Positions 34,735 to 43,779 of a stretch of DNA of 64,000 nt are shown here, in pieces. The notes beneath the pieces were generated by a model. It worked only from the letters and a program-made list of their open reading frames with translations, did no database searches and had not been told where the DNA came from. Source of the DNA: a virus; IMG/VR virus record IMGVR_UViG_3300025466_000014; one strand, 5' to 3'. The position numbers and the translations under genes were made by a program. Numbering within the stretch: the stretch's first letter is position 1; every line of letters starts with the position of its first letter.

Positions 34735-36648
34735 ATGGCAACTAAGAAGGTAGTTACGGTACTTAAGAAAGTAGGCTCAAATTATTCATCCGACGATGTA
34801 CAGACGCTCCGTTTTCCCGAAATGGTGCGCCAGAACGCGTCTATGTATATTGGTGGAACTGACGCGCATGGCTTGTTTGTTATTCTACGCGAGTTGCTGG
34901 ACAACGCCGTAGACGAATACTTGGCTAACCGCAATACTTTTGTTGCGGCAAAGATTGATAGCGACGGTTCCTATTGGGTTCAAGACGGAGGCGCAGGCAT
35001 ACCGCAGGGTATTAAAAAGGTTGTAGTGCAAGTTAACGGCAAAAGTGTTGATAGCTCTATGCCTACTATGCAAGCAATCTTTGGTGAACTTCATACCTCA
35101 GGCAAGTTTAAGTCTGACGCCTATAAAGTTTCGATTGGCTCACACGGTGTAGGTGTCAAAGGTACTAATGCAACCTCTGAATACTTTGAAGTTAAGTCGT
35201 GCTTTAAGGGCAAATGGTACTCCATATCTTTTGCTCGGGGTGTACTAAAGGCCGGAGTTGCTGAATGCAAAGCTCCTAAAAGCCCCTTTAGCGGCAAGGT
35301 TCTTACTAAAGGTACTTTGGTACACTATAAACCAGACGCAACGATTTTTACCGTTAAGTCCTTTCCGCTTTCAATGCTGCAAGAGTGGTCGCAGTTGCAG
35401 GCGTATTTGAATCCGGGTTTCAGGATTATCTTGGATGTAAAAGGCAAGCAGAAGCAATTCATTAAGACAGGCGGTCCTAAGGATTACTTAAAGGACAAGT
35501 TGGAGGAACTTAAAGCTGATTCAGAGCCCGATACATTCTGGTTTAAGAATGAGTTGGCGACTGTTGCAGTTGCGTTTTCCAACGTGGACGGCTTTATGGT
35601 TCGAGGCTTTACTAATGGCTTGTCGAACTCGCAGGGAGGTACTCATGTTGAGGCAGTTGCTTCTGCCCTGTACCGTGCGGTGTCGGCGCACAAGGGAACC
35701 AAGCAGGTTTTCAAGGCAGCGGACTTTAAAGACGGTCTTTTGGGTATTGTAAATGCTAATTTGCACAAAGCGGAGTTCTCGTCTCAGGACAAGGCGAAGC
35801 TAACTGACACACGCACTGGAAAAGCTTTTGAAGATCTCTTATTTGAGGAGGCTAAGGCGTTCTTTTCAAAGAACAAAGCACTTGCTAAAAGGCTGTGCGA
35901 CAGGGCCGCCAAAGTTTCAGAACTTAAGAACAAATTTAAGGCTTCCAAAGCAGTTGCAACGGCTTTGGGTAAAGCCAAGAAGCAAGGTCTGCCTCCTAAC
36001 TACGCGCCTGCGCATCGTTCGGTACCTGTAAAAGATCGCATTTTGATGATTGTCGAGGGCGATTCGGCGGCTGGTGGTTTGCGACAAGTTAGGGAAAAGC
36101 ATCATGCTCTGCTTCCGCTGACCGGAAAAATTATGAACTGCGCAAAAGCTAAGGGAGACAAAGCATTGCTGTCAAAAGCAATCCTGAATATCTTGGCTGC
36201 TATCGGCTACGACCCTAAGCAAGAAGACCCGATGAGGAAGTTACAGGTCGGCAAGGTGCTATTCTTGGCTGACCCAGACCCTGATGGATGCCACATTAAC
36301 TGTCTGCTTGCAACGCTCTTTAAGAAGTATCTTCCAGACATGTTTGACCAAGGTATGGTGTACGTTGCTGACATGCCGGAGTTCTACGCAATATCTAAAG
36401 ACCAGCTCTTTGTTGGCCCAACGCTTTCTTCAGTACAGCGTAAATTAGAGAAAGCAAAGGTTAAATGCGATGTGCATCACGCAAAAGGCTGGGGCGAGAT
36501 TGACCATCAGATTTTAAAGATACTGGCAGTGGATGAAGCTACGTCCAAGCGTATAAGGCTAAAGGCGTTAGACGATAACGATGACGCTGTGTTTGATAAA
36601 CTTATGGGTAGCGTAGGCGAAGACCCGGCAGACGCAAAAGCCGCTTAA
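34735..36648 (+). CDS. gyrB: Type IIA DNA topoisomerase subunit B (GyrB/ParE-like)
   Basis: ELLDNAVDE, LHTSGKF, GSHGVG, TOPRIM EGDSA, PL.GKIMN, D.D.DG.HI. Confidence 0.95.
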   Translation: MATKKVVTVLKKVGSNYSSDDVQTLRFPEMVRQNASMYIGGTDAHGLFVILRELLDNAVDEYLANRNTFVAAKIDSDGSYWVQDGGAGIPQGIKKVVVQVNGKSVDSSMPTMQAIFGELHTSGKFKSDAYKVSIGSHGVGVKGTNATSEYFEVKSCFKGKWYSISFARGVLKAGVAECKAPKSPFSGKVLTKGTLVHYKPDATIFTVKSFPLSMLQEWSQLQAYLNPGFRIILDVKGKQKQFIKTGGPKDYLKDKLEELKADSEPDTFWFKNELATVAVAFSNVDGFMVRGFTNGLSNSQGGTHVEAVASALYRAVSAHKGTKQVFKAADFKDGLLGIVNANLHKAEFSSQDKAKLTDTRTGKAFEDLLFEEAKAFFSKNKALAKRLCDRAAKVSELKNKFKASKAVATALGKAKKQGLPPNYAPAHRSVPVKDRILMIVEGDSAAGGLRQVREKHHALLPLTGKIMNCAKAKGDKALLSKAILNILAAIGYDPKQEDPMRKLQVGKVLFLADPDPDGCHINCLLATLFKKYLPDMFDQGMVYVADMPEFYAISKDQLFVGPTLSSVQRKLEKAKVKCDVHHAKGWGEIDHQILKILAVDEATSKRIRLKALDDNDDAVFDKLMGSVGEDPADAKAA

Positions 36649-36659
36649 AAAAGGATTTT

Positions 36660-38111
36660 ATGACGCAGACTAACGAGCAAAGTTTAGCAGACTTTGGCAC
36701 AAAAAATATGGGCATATACGCCGAGGAGGTTAACCTCGGTCGTGCGGTTCCTGATTTGATTGATGGACTAAAACCTGTGCAGCGACGCATTATGTGGGCT
36801 GCGGCAAACTTGGGTAAGGATTTCGTAAAAACTGCTCGCGTTGTAGGTGATTGCATTGGTCGATACCATCCACATGGAGACGCTTCGGTTTCCGGTGCAA
36901 TTACTACCATAGTGCAATCTAACGTGCCCACTATTAACGGCAAAGGCAACTGGGGGTCTTTAATAGACCCAGCGGCTGCGATGCGGTACACTAACTTGTG
37001 TCTTTCGGACTACGGTTGGGAATTTTTTAAGCCAGACTACATTGCTAAAGCAGTAACTTCTTTTGTACCCAATTACGACGACACGACAGTAGAGCCGGTT
37101 TCTTTGCCAGCACTGCTGCCCAACGTTTTGATAAATGGCGGCGAAGGCATTGGTGTGGGTACAACCACAATGCTTCCCACGTTTACGCCTGAATCTATTA
37201 TCGGCGTACTTGAACGACTACTTAAGGGCGAAAAGCTTAAACCAATCGACTACGCAAAGGCGCTAAAGTACAACAACCGGTACGGAGGACACCTTGTTAA
37301 GTCTAAGGAGAATTCGGCAGCGTGGTTGCAAATGTTTACGTCACCAAGAACCTCGGTTCAGTTTGAGGCCCAGCTAGAAATAGATAGAGACCACAAAGCA
37401 ATTGAGATTTCAGATTGGCCTGAGGGTTTGAACCCGCTAAAGTTTATTGAGAAAGTTCGAGGCTTTCCTGAATGCGACCAAGCCTTTAACCACAAGGGAG
37501 CAGTTGGTTTTAGAATTGAAATGCGCAAAGACCACAACTTTGAGCAGTTTGACAAGTTTGTAGAGAAGGTTCAAAAGGCTACGCAGGTTAGGCGCCCGTT
37601 TAAAATAAACGTTACGCACCGCACGTCGCAGGTTAACGACGGGGTTGTTACGTTTGACACCAAGTACCTAAGCCTGTCTGTGCCTCAGTTAATAAACAAG
37701 TGGCTTACGGAGCGCCTGCAATTAGAGAAGCGTTCGCTAGAATATCGAATTGGAAAACAGGAAGCGGCAATTGCCTATTCAAAGCTTTTGATCTTTGCAG
37801 CAAGTAGCCTGGATATAATCTTTAAAGCTCTGCGTGTTGACGACAGCCAGGGCTACCTAGTAAAGTACATGAAGATTTCTCCGGAGCAGGCGACACAGAT
37901 TCTAGAGTTGAGAGTTCGGCAACTGTCCAAACTGGATACAAACGCGCTAAAGAACAAGTTAGCAGAGCAAGTCAAGGAATTGAACGTGCTTCAGGGCTAC
38001 TTTAAGAAGCCGAGACCAAAGATAATTGCCGATTGTGCAAACATATTGGCAGCCATCGAGCGAGATAGGAAGTTTGAGGCTTCCAAAGACCGCAAGATGT
38101 CCGTTAAGTAG
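36660..38111 (+). CDS. gyrA: Type IIA DNA topoisomerase subunit A (GyrA/ParC-like, no CTD pinwheel)
   Basis: DGLKPVQRRI, YHPHGD, AAAMRYT with the catalytic Tyr; 483 aa. Confidence 0.95.
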   Translation: MTQTNEQSLADFGTKNMGIYAEEVNLGRAVPDLIDGLKPVQRRIMWAAANLGKDFVKTARVVGDCIGRYHPHGDASVSGAITTIVQSNVPTINGKGNWGSLIDPAAAMRYTNLCLSDYGWEFFKPDYIAKAVTSFVPNYDDTTVEPVSLPALLPNVLINGGEGIGVGTTTMLPTFTPESIIGVLERLLKGEKLKPIDYAKALKYNNRYGGHLVKSKENSAAWLQMFTSPRTSVQFEAQLEIDRDHKAIEISDWPEGLNPLKFIEKVRGFPECDQAFNHKGAVGFRIEMRKDHNFEQFDKFVEKVQKATQVRRPFKINVTHRTSQVNDGVVTFDTKYLSLSVPQLINKWLTERLQLEKRSLEYRIGKQEAAIAYSKLLIFAASSLDIIFKALRVDDSQGYLVKYMKISPEQATQILELRVRQLSKLDTNALKNKLAEQVKELNVLQGYFKKPRPKIIADCANILAAIERDRKFEASKDRKMSVK

Positions 38112-38123
38112 AAACTGTAAATA
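38112..38123 (+). promoter_or_regulatory. Phage promoter motif AAACTGTAAATA
   Basis: Exact copy just after the topo A stop, upstream of the H1-like gene at 38232. Confidence 0.6.
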
Positions 38124-38231
38124 CAGACTACAAACCAAATTTGGGCTTTAATTTTAAAGTCCAAATGTGTGTTGCTCTTTTGGTAATTCAAGAAAGCAAC
38201 TTTTTTTAAACTTTAACCTTTTAGGTAAAAA

Positions 38232-38618
38232 ATGGCAACTAATAACATCCCACTTACTAAACAAGTAGCAAACATCGTGAAAGAAAAAACTCGATTGGAA
38301 AAGCTGGTTGCTCGTCTTGAGAGCCAGGTAGAAAAATTGCAAATCAAGGTTGCTGGCGGTAAAGCAGTTAAAGCCCCTAAGGCTACAAAAGCAGCAAAAG
38401 CTGGCAAGACTCCCCGTGCAGCAAAAGCAGTTGAAGCTGACGAACCCGTAGCAAAGACTCCTCGCGCTAAGAAGGCTTTGGCTGAAAAGCGTCCGGCTAA
38501 AGCCGAAAAGGTTGCCAAAGGTTCCGCTAAGAAAGTAAAGGCTGCTAAGACACCAGCTAAAGCTGAAAAAGTTCCTGCAAAAAAATCGCGTAAGAACTCA
38601 GAAGATTTTCTGCTGTAA
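38232..38618 (+). CDS. H1-like protein: N-terminal coiled coil plus K/A/P-rich tail
   Basis: EKTRLEKLVARLESQVEKLQ, then KAVKAPKATKAAKAGKTPRAAK... Confidence 0.85.
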   Translation: MATNNIPLTKQVANIVKEKTRLEKLVARLESQVEKLQIKVAGGKAVKAPKATKAAKAGKTPRAAKAVEADEPVAKTPRAKKALAEKRPAKAEKVAKGSAKKVKAAKTPAKAEKVPAKKSRKNSEDFLL

Positions 38619-38635
38619 AACAAAAAGTAGTGTTT

Positions 38636-38670
38636 GGTTGGGAACGGTTATTTATTTAGCCGTTCCCACC
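38636..38670 (+). terminator. Putative terminator hairpin
   Basis: GGTTGGGAACGGTTA...TAGCCGTTCCCACC; weak U-tract. Confidence 0.55.
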
Positions 38671-38680
38671 TTGCGTTTAT

Positions 38681-39736
38681 ATGGAGCAAATTATGCAAGA
38701 TAGTCAAGAAACTCCGGATTTCGTTAACGAAGATGACAATAGACTCGCCGCAATGAAGTCTCGTCTGGCTAACTTGAATTCGGTTAAGATGAGTGTTGCG
38801 AAGCTTAACACCGTGCTGGGAAACCTAGCGGTAGCAAACAAGAACAAGCAATTGTCGCTCTTGCGCCAAGCCCGTGTGTATCTGGATAAAGTACAGACAA
38901 CTAAAGGTCAACGCCTCAAGGCTAACCTAACAATTATCGCTAACGAGCTCTACTCTCTGCAAGAGGGGCTCTTGGCAGGTTCAGTAAAACCAAAAGACTT
39001 GGTACTAATTAGTAGCGTTCGCGTTCTAAAGGAAATGAACGAAACCACAAAGTCCTTGGCTGCGGCAATTGCACGTAGTGAGGCACGTTTAGGTATAAGC
39101 GCAGAAGTTCTCGACCCCTCAACCGTGTTGCTGAAAAATAATAAAGAACTTTCCGGCAATATTCCAGATTTGAACGGCAAGGACTTTGCGATTATTCGAG
39201 CCCCTGTTGCTTTTACCTTTAACAAGAAGAAACACTCTTCTGTAGGCTACGTTGATACAGATCGTCTACGCCGTCAAGGATTCAAAGTTGACAACTTGGA
39301 CGGATACACTATCTTGCATAAGCAGATGCTTATTGGGGTAAATAGTGAGGCTCGTTTTGAGTTGGATGACAAGGGCGAAAAGCAAGTTCAAAAGGTGACT
39401 GACCGTGTTACCAAGTTTAAGGGCGGCCGACCCGTGCAGGTTAATGTTAAGCGTGAAAAGACAATTACAGATTTGGCTAGAGAAATCCTAGATGATCTCG
39501 AAGTTAAAACTAAGACTGCCTACTCATTAGTTAGTACCGTTCCTGCGCGACATGGTAATGCACTGTGGTTCTGGGCTGCTGCGGCTATGGACATTAAGCG
39601 GCTTAGCCTCGCCTTTCCAGGTAATCACATGAACGTTAATACCTGGGGCCCTGCTTTCCCTGTAGAGGAGAAAGCCAAACGTGAGGTTCCTCTGGATGAA
39701 AAAGGCAAACCTATCATAAAGAAGGAAGCCCGATGA
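38681..39736 (+). CDS. Hypothetical protein (351 aa)
   Basis: Long ORF, helical N-terminal half. Confidence 0.8.
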   Translation: MEQIMQDSQETPDFVNEDDNRLAAMKSRLANLNSVKMSVAKLNTVLGNLAVANKNKQLSLLRQARVYLDKVQTTKGQRLKANLTIIANELYSLQEGLLAGSVKPKDLVLISSVRVLKEMNETTKSLAAAIARSEARLGISAEVLDPSTVLLKNNKELSGNIPDLNGKDFAIIRAPVAFTFNKKKHSSVGYVDTDRLRRQGFKVDNLDGYTILHKQMLIGVNSEARFELDDKGEKQVQKVTDRVTKFKGGRPVQVNVKREKTITDLAREILDDLEVKTKTAYSLVSTVPARHGNALWFWAAAAMDIKRLSLAFPGNHMNVNTWGPAFPVEEKAKREVPLDEKGKPIIKKEAR

Positions 39737-40257
39737 AAATACTTGCAATTATTCCTACAGACGCTACGTTGGACTATTTGAAAGATTGCTTTCAGGCCAC
39801 TAACGTAGAAATAGATTGGGATAACGTTTACGTAGAAATCTGCTCTACCGACAAACAGATTGAACTGCGACCCAATAAAGTCTACCAGTTCAACGCTGGT
39901 TCAATGGGTTACTGGTATGATGACGACGCAGGTCATTCCAATATCATATTACCGTTGATACCCGGTGACGATGCAATAAGCAGGTTTAAAGAAGTCGGCG
40001 ACATTTGGAAAAGACATTTTGTACCGCACATGGTGCTTACAGACAAGTTTAACAATAAACGCCGAACTAAGGCTAGGATAAACTCCATAGCTACAGGCTT
40101 AATTGAAGTCCAACCTATTCTAGAGTTTTATTCTGAGATGTGGATTGAATTAAGCGAGCCGCAAAGGCAACGACCGCGCCAGCACGCCTTCTACCAAGAC
40201 TATTTGGCAAGAGGGCAAGTAACAAATGTTGTCTACATAGACGAAGAAAGAAACTAA
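39733..40257 (+). CDS. Divergent 2H-phosphoesterase-fold protein (T4 57B/Acb1-like)
   Basis: TLDYL...VYVEICST...YW...IILPL...FVPHMVL aligns by eye to Acb1 TLDAL...IHSTICYS...VW...LVLVL...YTPHITL. Confidence 0.5.
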   Translation: MKILAIIPTDATLDYLKDCFQATNVEIDWDNVYVEICSTDKQIELRPNKVYQFNAGSMGYWYDDDAGHSNIILPLIPGDDAISRFKEVGDIWKRHFVPHMVLTDKFNNKRRTKARINSIATGLIEVQPILEFYSEMWIELSEPQRQRPRQHAFYQDYLARGQVTNVVYIDEERN

Positions 40258-40315
40258 AATAAGAATCCGCTTTATCGTAACTGGTACTGCGGATTTTTTA
40301 TTGCTCTTTACTTTT

Positions 40316-40768
40316 ATGAAAAACAAAATCATAAACGAAGATCATTCTTGCTGCTGGGTTTGCAATACTAGGTTTACTGTTTCCAATCCTCCTGGTTCTG
40401 CCAACTTAGAGGAGCATCATGTTTTCCCGCAAAACGCTGGTGGTACAGACGGTCCCTTAGTTAGGCTTTGTGATACGGATCATACCAGAGCGCATAAGCT
40501 TGCTAATGCTCTGCATAAAAACCGAATTGCGACCGAGCTAATTGCCTCCTTACCGCAGGTAAGTCAAAAGAAGCTTTTATGGTTGGCTTCTCAGATAGTG
40601 AAAGCGGAAAAGGCTACGGTTAATGACCCTAACAAGGTATGGAAAAATCCAGTTAACTTAGAAGGTCAGGCGCCGGCAGTTTTAAAGGTACTTCAAAATG
40701 TTTACCCTGGCCTAAGTAGGCCACGAATTGTTGAACTTGCTCTTATAAATCTTTTGAAAAGGAAATGA
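40316..40768 (+). CDS. HNH endonuclease-family protein
   Basis: CWVC...EEHHVFPQ..GG.D..LV.LC...H...H. Confidence 0.8.
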   Translation: MKNKIINEDHSCCWVCNTRFTVSNPPGSANLEEHHVFPQNAGGTDGPLVRLCDTDHTRAHKLANALHKNRIATELIASLPQVSQKKLLWLASQIVKAEKATVNDPNKVWKNPVNLEGQAPAVLKVLQNVYPGLSRPRIVELALINLLKRK

Positions 40769-41091
40769 AAATGGAACTACTCTTGTTACACCTTGTAGGC
40801 GGTCAGGAAATTATGGGCACAGTGGAACACGTCGGCTCTTTGGTCGAGGTTCACAAACCCTATGAAGTCCTTATATCTCCTCTTCAAAATCCAACAGAAG
40901 AAGAAGTTGCTTCTCGCAAGGTTCAAATTTCCCTTTCCCCCTTCGGTAGTTTCTACGGACTTCAGGAGGGTGAAGAAGTTTTGCAGTTAAACCCGATGCT
41001 TATTCTTGCCCGACGACAGCCTAATTCAAATTTAATCAACCACTACACAGACATAACATGCGATACAGCCTCTACGCAAAAGTCGGACTAA
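40765..41091 (+). CDS. Sm-like domain protein (T4-like phage family)
   Basis: LL.LVGGQEIMG.V....V.V.KP...LSPF...IL....P...L...Y. Confidence 0.6.
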   Translation: MKMELLLLHLVGGQEIMGTVEHVGSLVEVHKPYEVLISPLQNPTEEEVASRKVQISLSPFGSFYGLQEGEEVLQLNPMLILARRQPNSNLINHYTDITCDTASTQKSD

Positions 41092-41309
41092 AGACTACTT
41101 TCTTGCAGACGTCTCACTCCTTGGATAGTCTTAAGACCGCAAAAAATACGTACACTCGATGGATGAACGAGATGGGATTCGATTTGCAGAGAAATCCAGC
41201 CCCTAATTTAGTAATCTACGAAGACGGTGTTCCAATCCTAGAAGCTCCCTACAATCAATCCAGGCGTAAATGGGAAAATTTAGTTCCTGAAACTGAAAAA
41301 ACAGTATAA
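41058..41309 (+). CDS. Hypothetical protein
   Basis: Packed ORF. Confidence 0.65.
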   Translation: MRYSLYAKVGLKTTFLQTSHSLDSLKTAKNTYTRWMNEMGFDLQRNPAPNLVIYEDGVPILEAPYNQSRRKWENLVPETEKTV

Positions 41310-41365
41310 ACCTTTTTATTTTTACTTTAAAACGTACCAAAAATTAAATTTCTTGTTATTTTCTG

Positions 41366-41374
41366 TGCTATAAT
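41366..41374 (+). promoter_or_regulatory. Extended -10 promoter TGCTATAAT
   Basis: Consensus TGnTATAAT followed by AAATTGTCG. Confidence 0.75.
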
Positions 41375-41380
41375 AAATTG

Positions 41381-41492
41381 TCGATGATAGGCAGGCATCG
41401 GCTGTTTTTAACACTTTGGGAGAAAACAAAGTCTTAGAGGTAAGACTAGTTTACGAGAAGACAAGGGGAAGCGAAAAAGCTTCCCCTTTATT
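41381..41492 (+). ncRNA. Candidate small RNA or attenuated leader
   Basis: Promoter at 41366; hairpin AAGGGGAAGC-GAAAAA-GCTTCCCCTT-TATT at 41463-41492; no ORF called in between. Confidence 0.35.
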
Positions 41493-41550
41493 GGTGATGA
41501 AGGAATACTCCAAATAATGGATAGCCTTCAGTTTTGTTTTAGAGGTTTTA

Positions 41551-42231
41551 ATGATTAAAAAAGATGGTATAAAAGAAGGCACAAAGGCTAATCTACAAGA
41601 AGCTTTCAAGTGTCAAGAGTGTTTGCATTACAAACAAACACCACATCGCACTAATAAGAAACCATGTGCGGAGGAGGGCGTTCGATCTTTTGCTCTGGCG
41701 CCCAAATGTTTTACACCTGATTACACAAAGGTAATAAGTAACGCAGACGAGTTTGTTGCAATCTCTACGTTTTTTCATTCGCGTACACCGCAACAGAAAA
41801 AGATACTCCTTGGTATGCTGAGGCAGCAACCTAAAGGACGCAAACTAAAGATGGGTACCCGTCTTTATCTCAACGTCGGCAATCGCGACTACATATCGAA
41901 TTACCTGTGCGGCTACGTTGTTGGTTACACCTCAGGTAACGAGATTGTTCTTGCAGGCTCGGCGACAAACAAGGCCAGTGGGCGTGTATTCTTTGCTTAT
42001 TTGAAAGATGACTCTTCTCTGCTAACACACGCAGAATGGAAACCGAAAATGCAGGCTCTTTTGCTCAAAGGTCGAATACAAGACCCGAAAGCCGTAGTTA
42101 AACGCGACATCACCGCCGAGGTGAAGGAGAATAACTACGAAGTGCCGACAATAGATAGTGCCCCCAAAGGTACGCTGTCTAAAAAATCAGCAGTCGTTAG
42201 AAAAGATTTGGTACAAATTCTCTCTTTCTAG
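41551..42231 (+). CDS. Conserved large-phage hypothetical protein with N-terminal Cys motif
   Basis: CQECLHY...C...P.CF.P. Confidence 0.8.
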   Translation: MIKKDGIKEGTKANLQEAFKCQECLHYKQTPHRTNKKPCAEEGVRSFALAPKCFTPDYTKVISNADEFVAISTFFHSRTPQQKKILLGMLRQQPKGRKLKMGTRLYLNVGNRDYISNYLCGYVVGYTSGNEIVLAGSATNKASGRVFFAYLKDDSSLLTHAEWKPKMQALLLKGRIQDPKAVVKRDITAEVKENNYEVPTIDSAPKGTLSKKSAVVRKDLVQILSF

Positions 42232-42240
42232 TCCAAGTCC

Positions 42241-43182
42241 ATGCTTACCGAAATCTTTGGTCTGGGAGACGAACACACTGCTACTATGGGCATCTTGTTC
42301 GGCTATCTTTTCGGTCGTATTGGAAAATACGAGTTTAGGTCTCTTATTGGAGACAAAGCTATTGCGAAAGCAGTTTGGTCTAAGGCAGAGAGTTCTGGTT
42401 ACGTTCTAAAAAATTGCAAGCTTTTTGTTTACGCATACCATTACAACAAGAGTAAGGGTATGCCGACTTCACCTGCTAAATTTGGAATACATCAATCTGA
42501 CGTAGCTTTGCTAAAGAAGATAAATCTCAATCACATAAATTTAAAGAAGTTTAAACCTTATTCATTGTTTGATTTCAACAACCTTGAAGGTGCTTTGCTG
42601 ACGTCTCCAGAAATGGATACGCACATTGGAAAATTTATTAGCCGAAAACTTATCTTTTTGACTCGAAGTTACGGCGTTAGTAGAGAAGAACTGGAATCGC
42701 AATTGCAGCAAAGAGCACTTTATGCTTTGCGAAAACAGTTTCCTTGTTATGACTCTGACTTACATGCTCTGAACATTTGTAAGACGGCTATTCATAATGA
42801 GGGTATGGGCATCATTGAATACTGGACGCGTGAGAAGCGCAATGCTCTGACAAAAGAGAACGGGGTTTTTCAGGCAGTTAACGTGCCGTACACCTCACTT
42901 ACCAAAGTAGGTGTACGCCCGCAGCATGAAGACGAATTGAGGATAAACCTGAAATGCTTGGTAGCAATCGCTCCTAAACTTAGCCCGAAAGCGCGAAAGT
43001 TTTTGGAAGCGGCCGCAGGTTTGCATGACCCCGGTTTTTCTTTGTTTTTAGGCATTGACAATGACGACGCGGCTCAATCTTGGTCTTGGGATAGGTACAT
43101 GCGCAATCTGCAAACGTATTTTTCTGTTACCCAACAGCAAACTACAAAACTTTTGATTAATCTGCGAAAGGCTATGCAATGA
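42241..43182 (+). CDS. Divergent sigma-factor-like protein
   Basis: GVSREELESQL...ALYALRKQFP.YD......CKTAIHN..MGII.YW.R.KR resembles sigma70 region 2. Confidence 0.5.
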   Translation: MLTEIFGLGDEHTATMGILFGYLFGRIGKYEFRSLIGDKAIAKAVWSKAESSGYVLKNCKLFVYAYHYNKSKGMPTSPAKFGIHQSDVALLKKINLNHINLKKFKPYSLFDFNNLEGALLTSPEMDTHIGKFISRKLIFLTRSYGVSREELESQLQQRALYALRKQFPCYDSDLHALNICKTAIHNEGMGIIEYWTREKRNALTKENGVFQAVNVPYTSLTKVGVRPQHEDELRINLKCLVAIAPKLSPKARKFLEAAAGLHDPGFSLFLGIDNDDAAQSWSWDRYMRNLQTYFSVTQQQTTKLLINLRKAMQ

Positions 43183-43769
43183 ATGAATACAGAAACATGG
43201 CAAAATATCGAATAGCGGCCTCATCTCTAGAGCACGTTGCTTTAGTACCTGAGGTGCAGCACGCCTTAGAGGCATGGGTTACCGCCAATAAGGAGCTTTC
43301 ACGCGGTGTCTTGATAGGGGGTTTGGCTATGAGCTTTTATACCAAACCTCGCTATACAGAAGATGTTGACATACTCTTCTTGAGCGTTAAGGACATACCT
43401 GAAACAGTTGCTGGGTTTAAACGTTACCGACCCGGTGCCTTTGAAGAGAACAAGACGCAAGTTTCAATTGAGGTAGTCACGCCAGCGTCTTTTACTTTAA
43501 TGCCCGATGCAGTTGCCGACAAAGTTTTCAGGTCGGCTGTAGCCTTTGGCAACTTAAAAGTTGCGTCTAGGGAAGGCATGATAGCCTTGAAGCTCTGTAG
43601 TGCGCAAGATAAGAGGCGCAAGCTTAAAGACTTAGCGGACGTTGTGGAGCTACTTGACGTAGACTTGTCTTTAGTAGAGGCCCTATATCGGTCTTTAAGG
43701 GCCTGGCCGATAAACGATGCAGCAAAGCTTCTTTTGGATGAAGCCTTCAAGACAGTTTTTTTCTTCTGA
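43179..43769 (+). CDS. Nucleotidyltransferase, AbiEii/DUF6036-like
   Basis: LIGGLAM..Y..PRYTEDVDIL...ALKL......R..KDLADV..LL. Confidence 0.8.
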   Translation: MNEYRNMAKYRIAASSLEHVALVPEVQHALEAWVTANKELSRGVLIGGLAMSFYTKPRYTEDVDILFLSVKDIPETVAGFKRYRPGAFEENKTQVSIEVVTPASFTLMPDAVADKVFRSAVAFGNLKVASREGMIALKLCSAQDKRRKLKDLADVVELLDVDLSLVEALYRSLRAWPINDAAKLLLDEAFKTVFFF

Positions 43770-43779
43770 GGGGATTTAA

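Noticed and set aside
34735-38111. Calling the enzyme a true gyrase, or the window a bacterial chromosome
   Set aside because: The A subunit lacks the CTD, and the context (TerL, DenV, dense small ORFs) is phage. The gyrA/gyrB symbols denote homology only.
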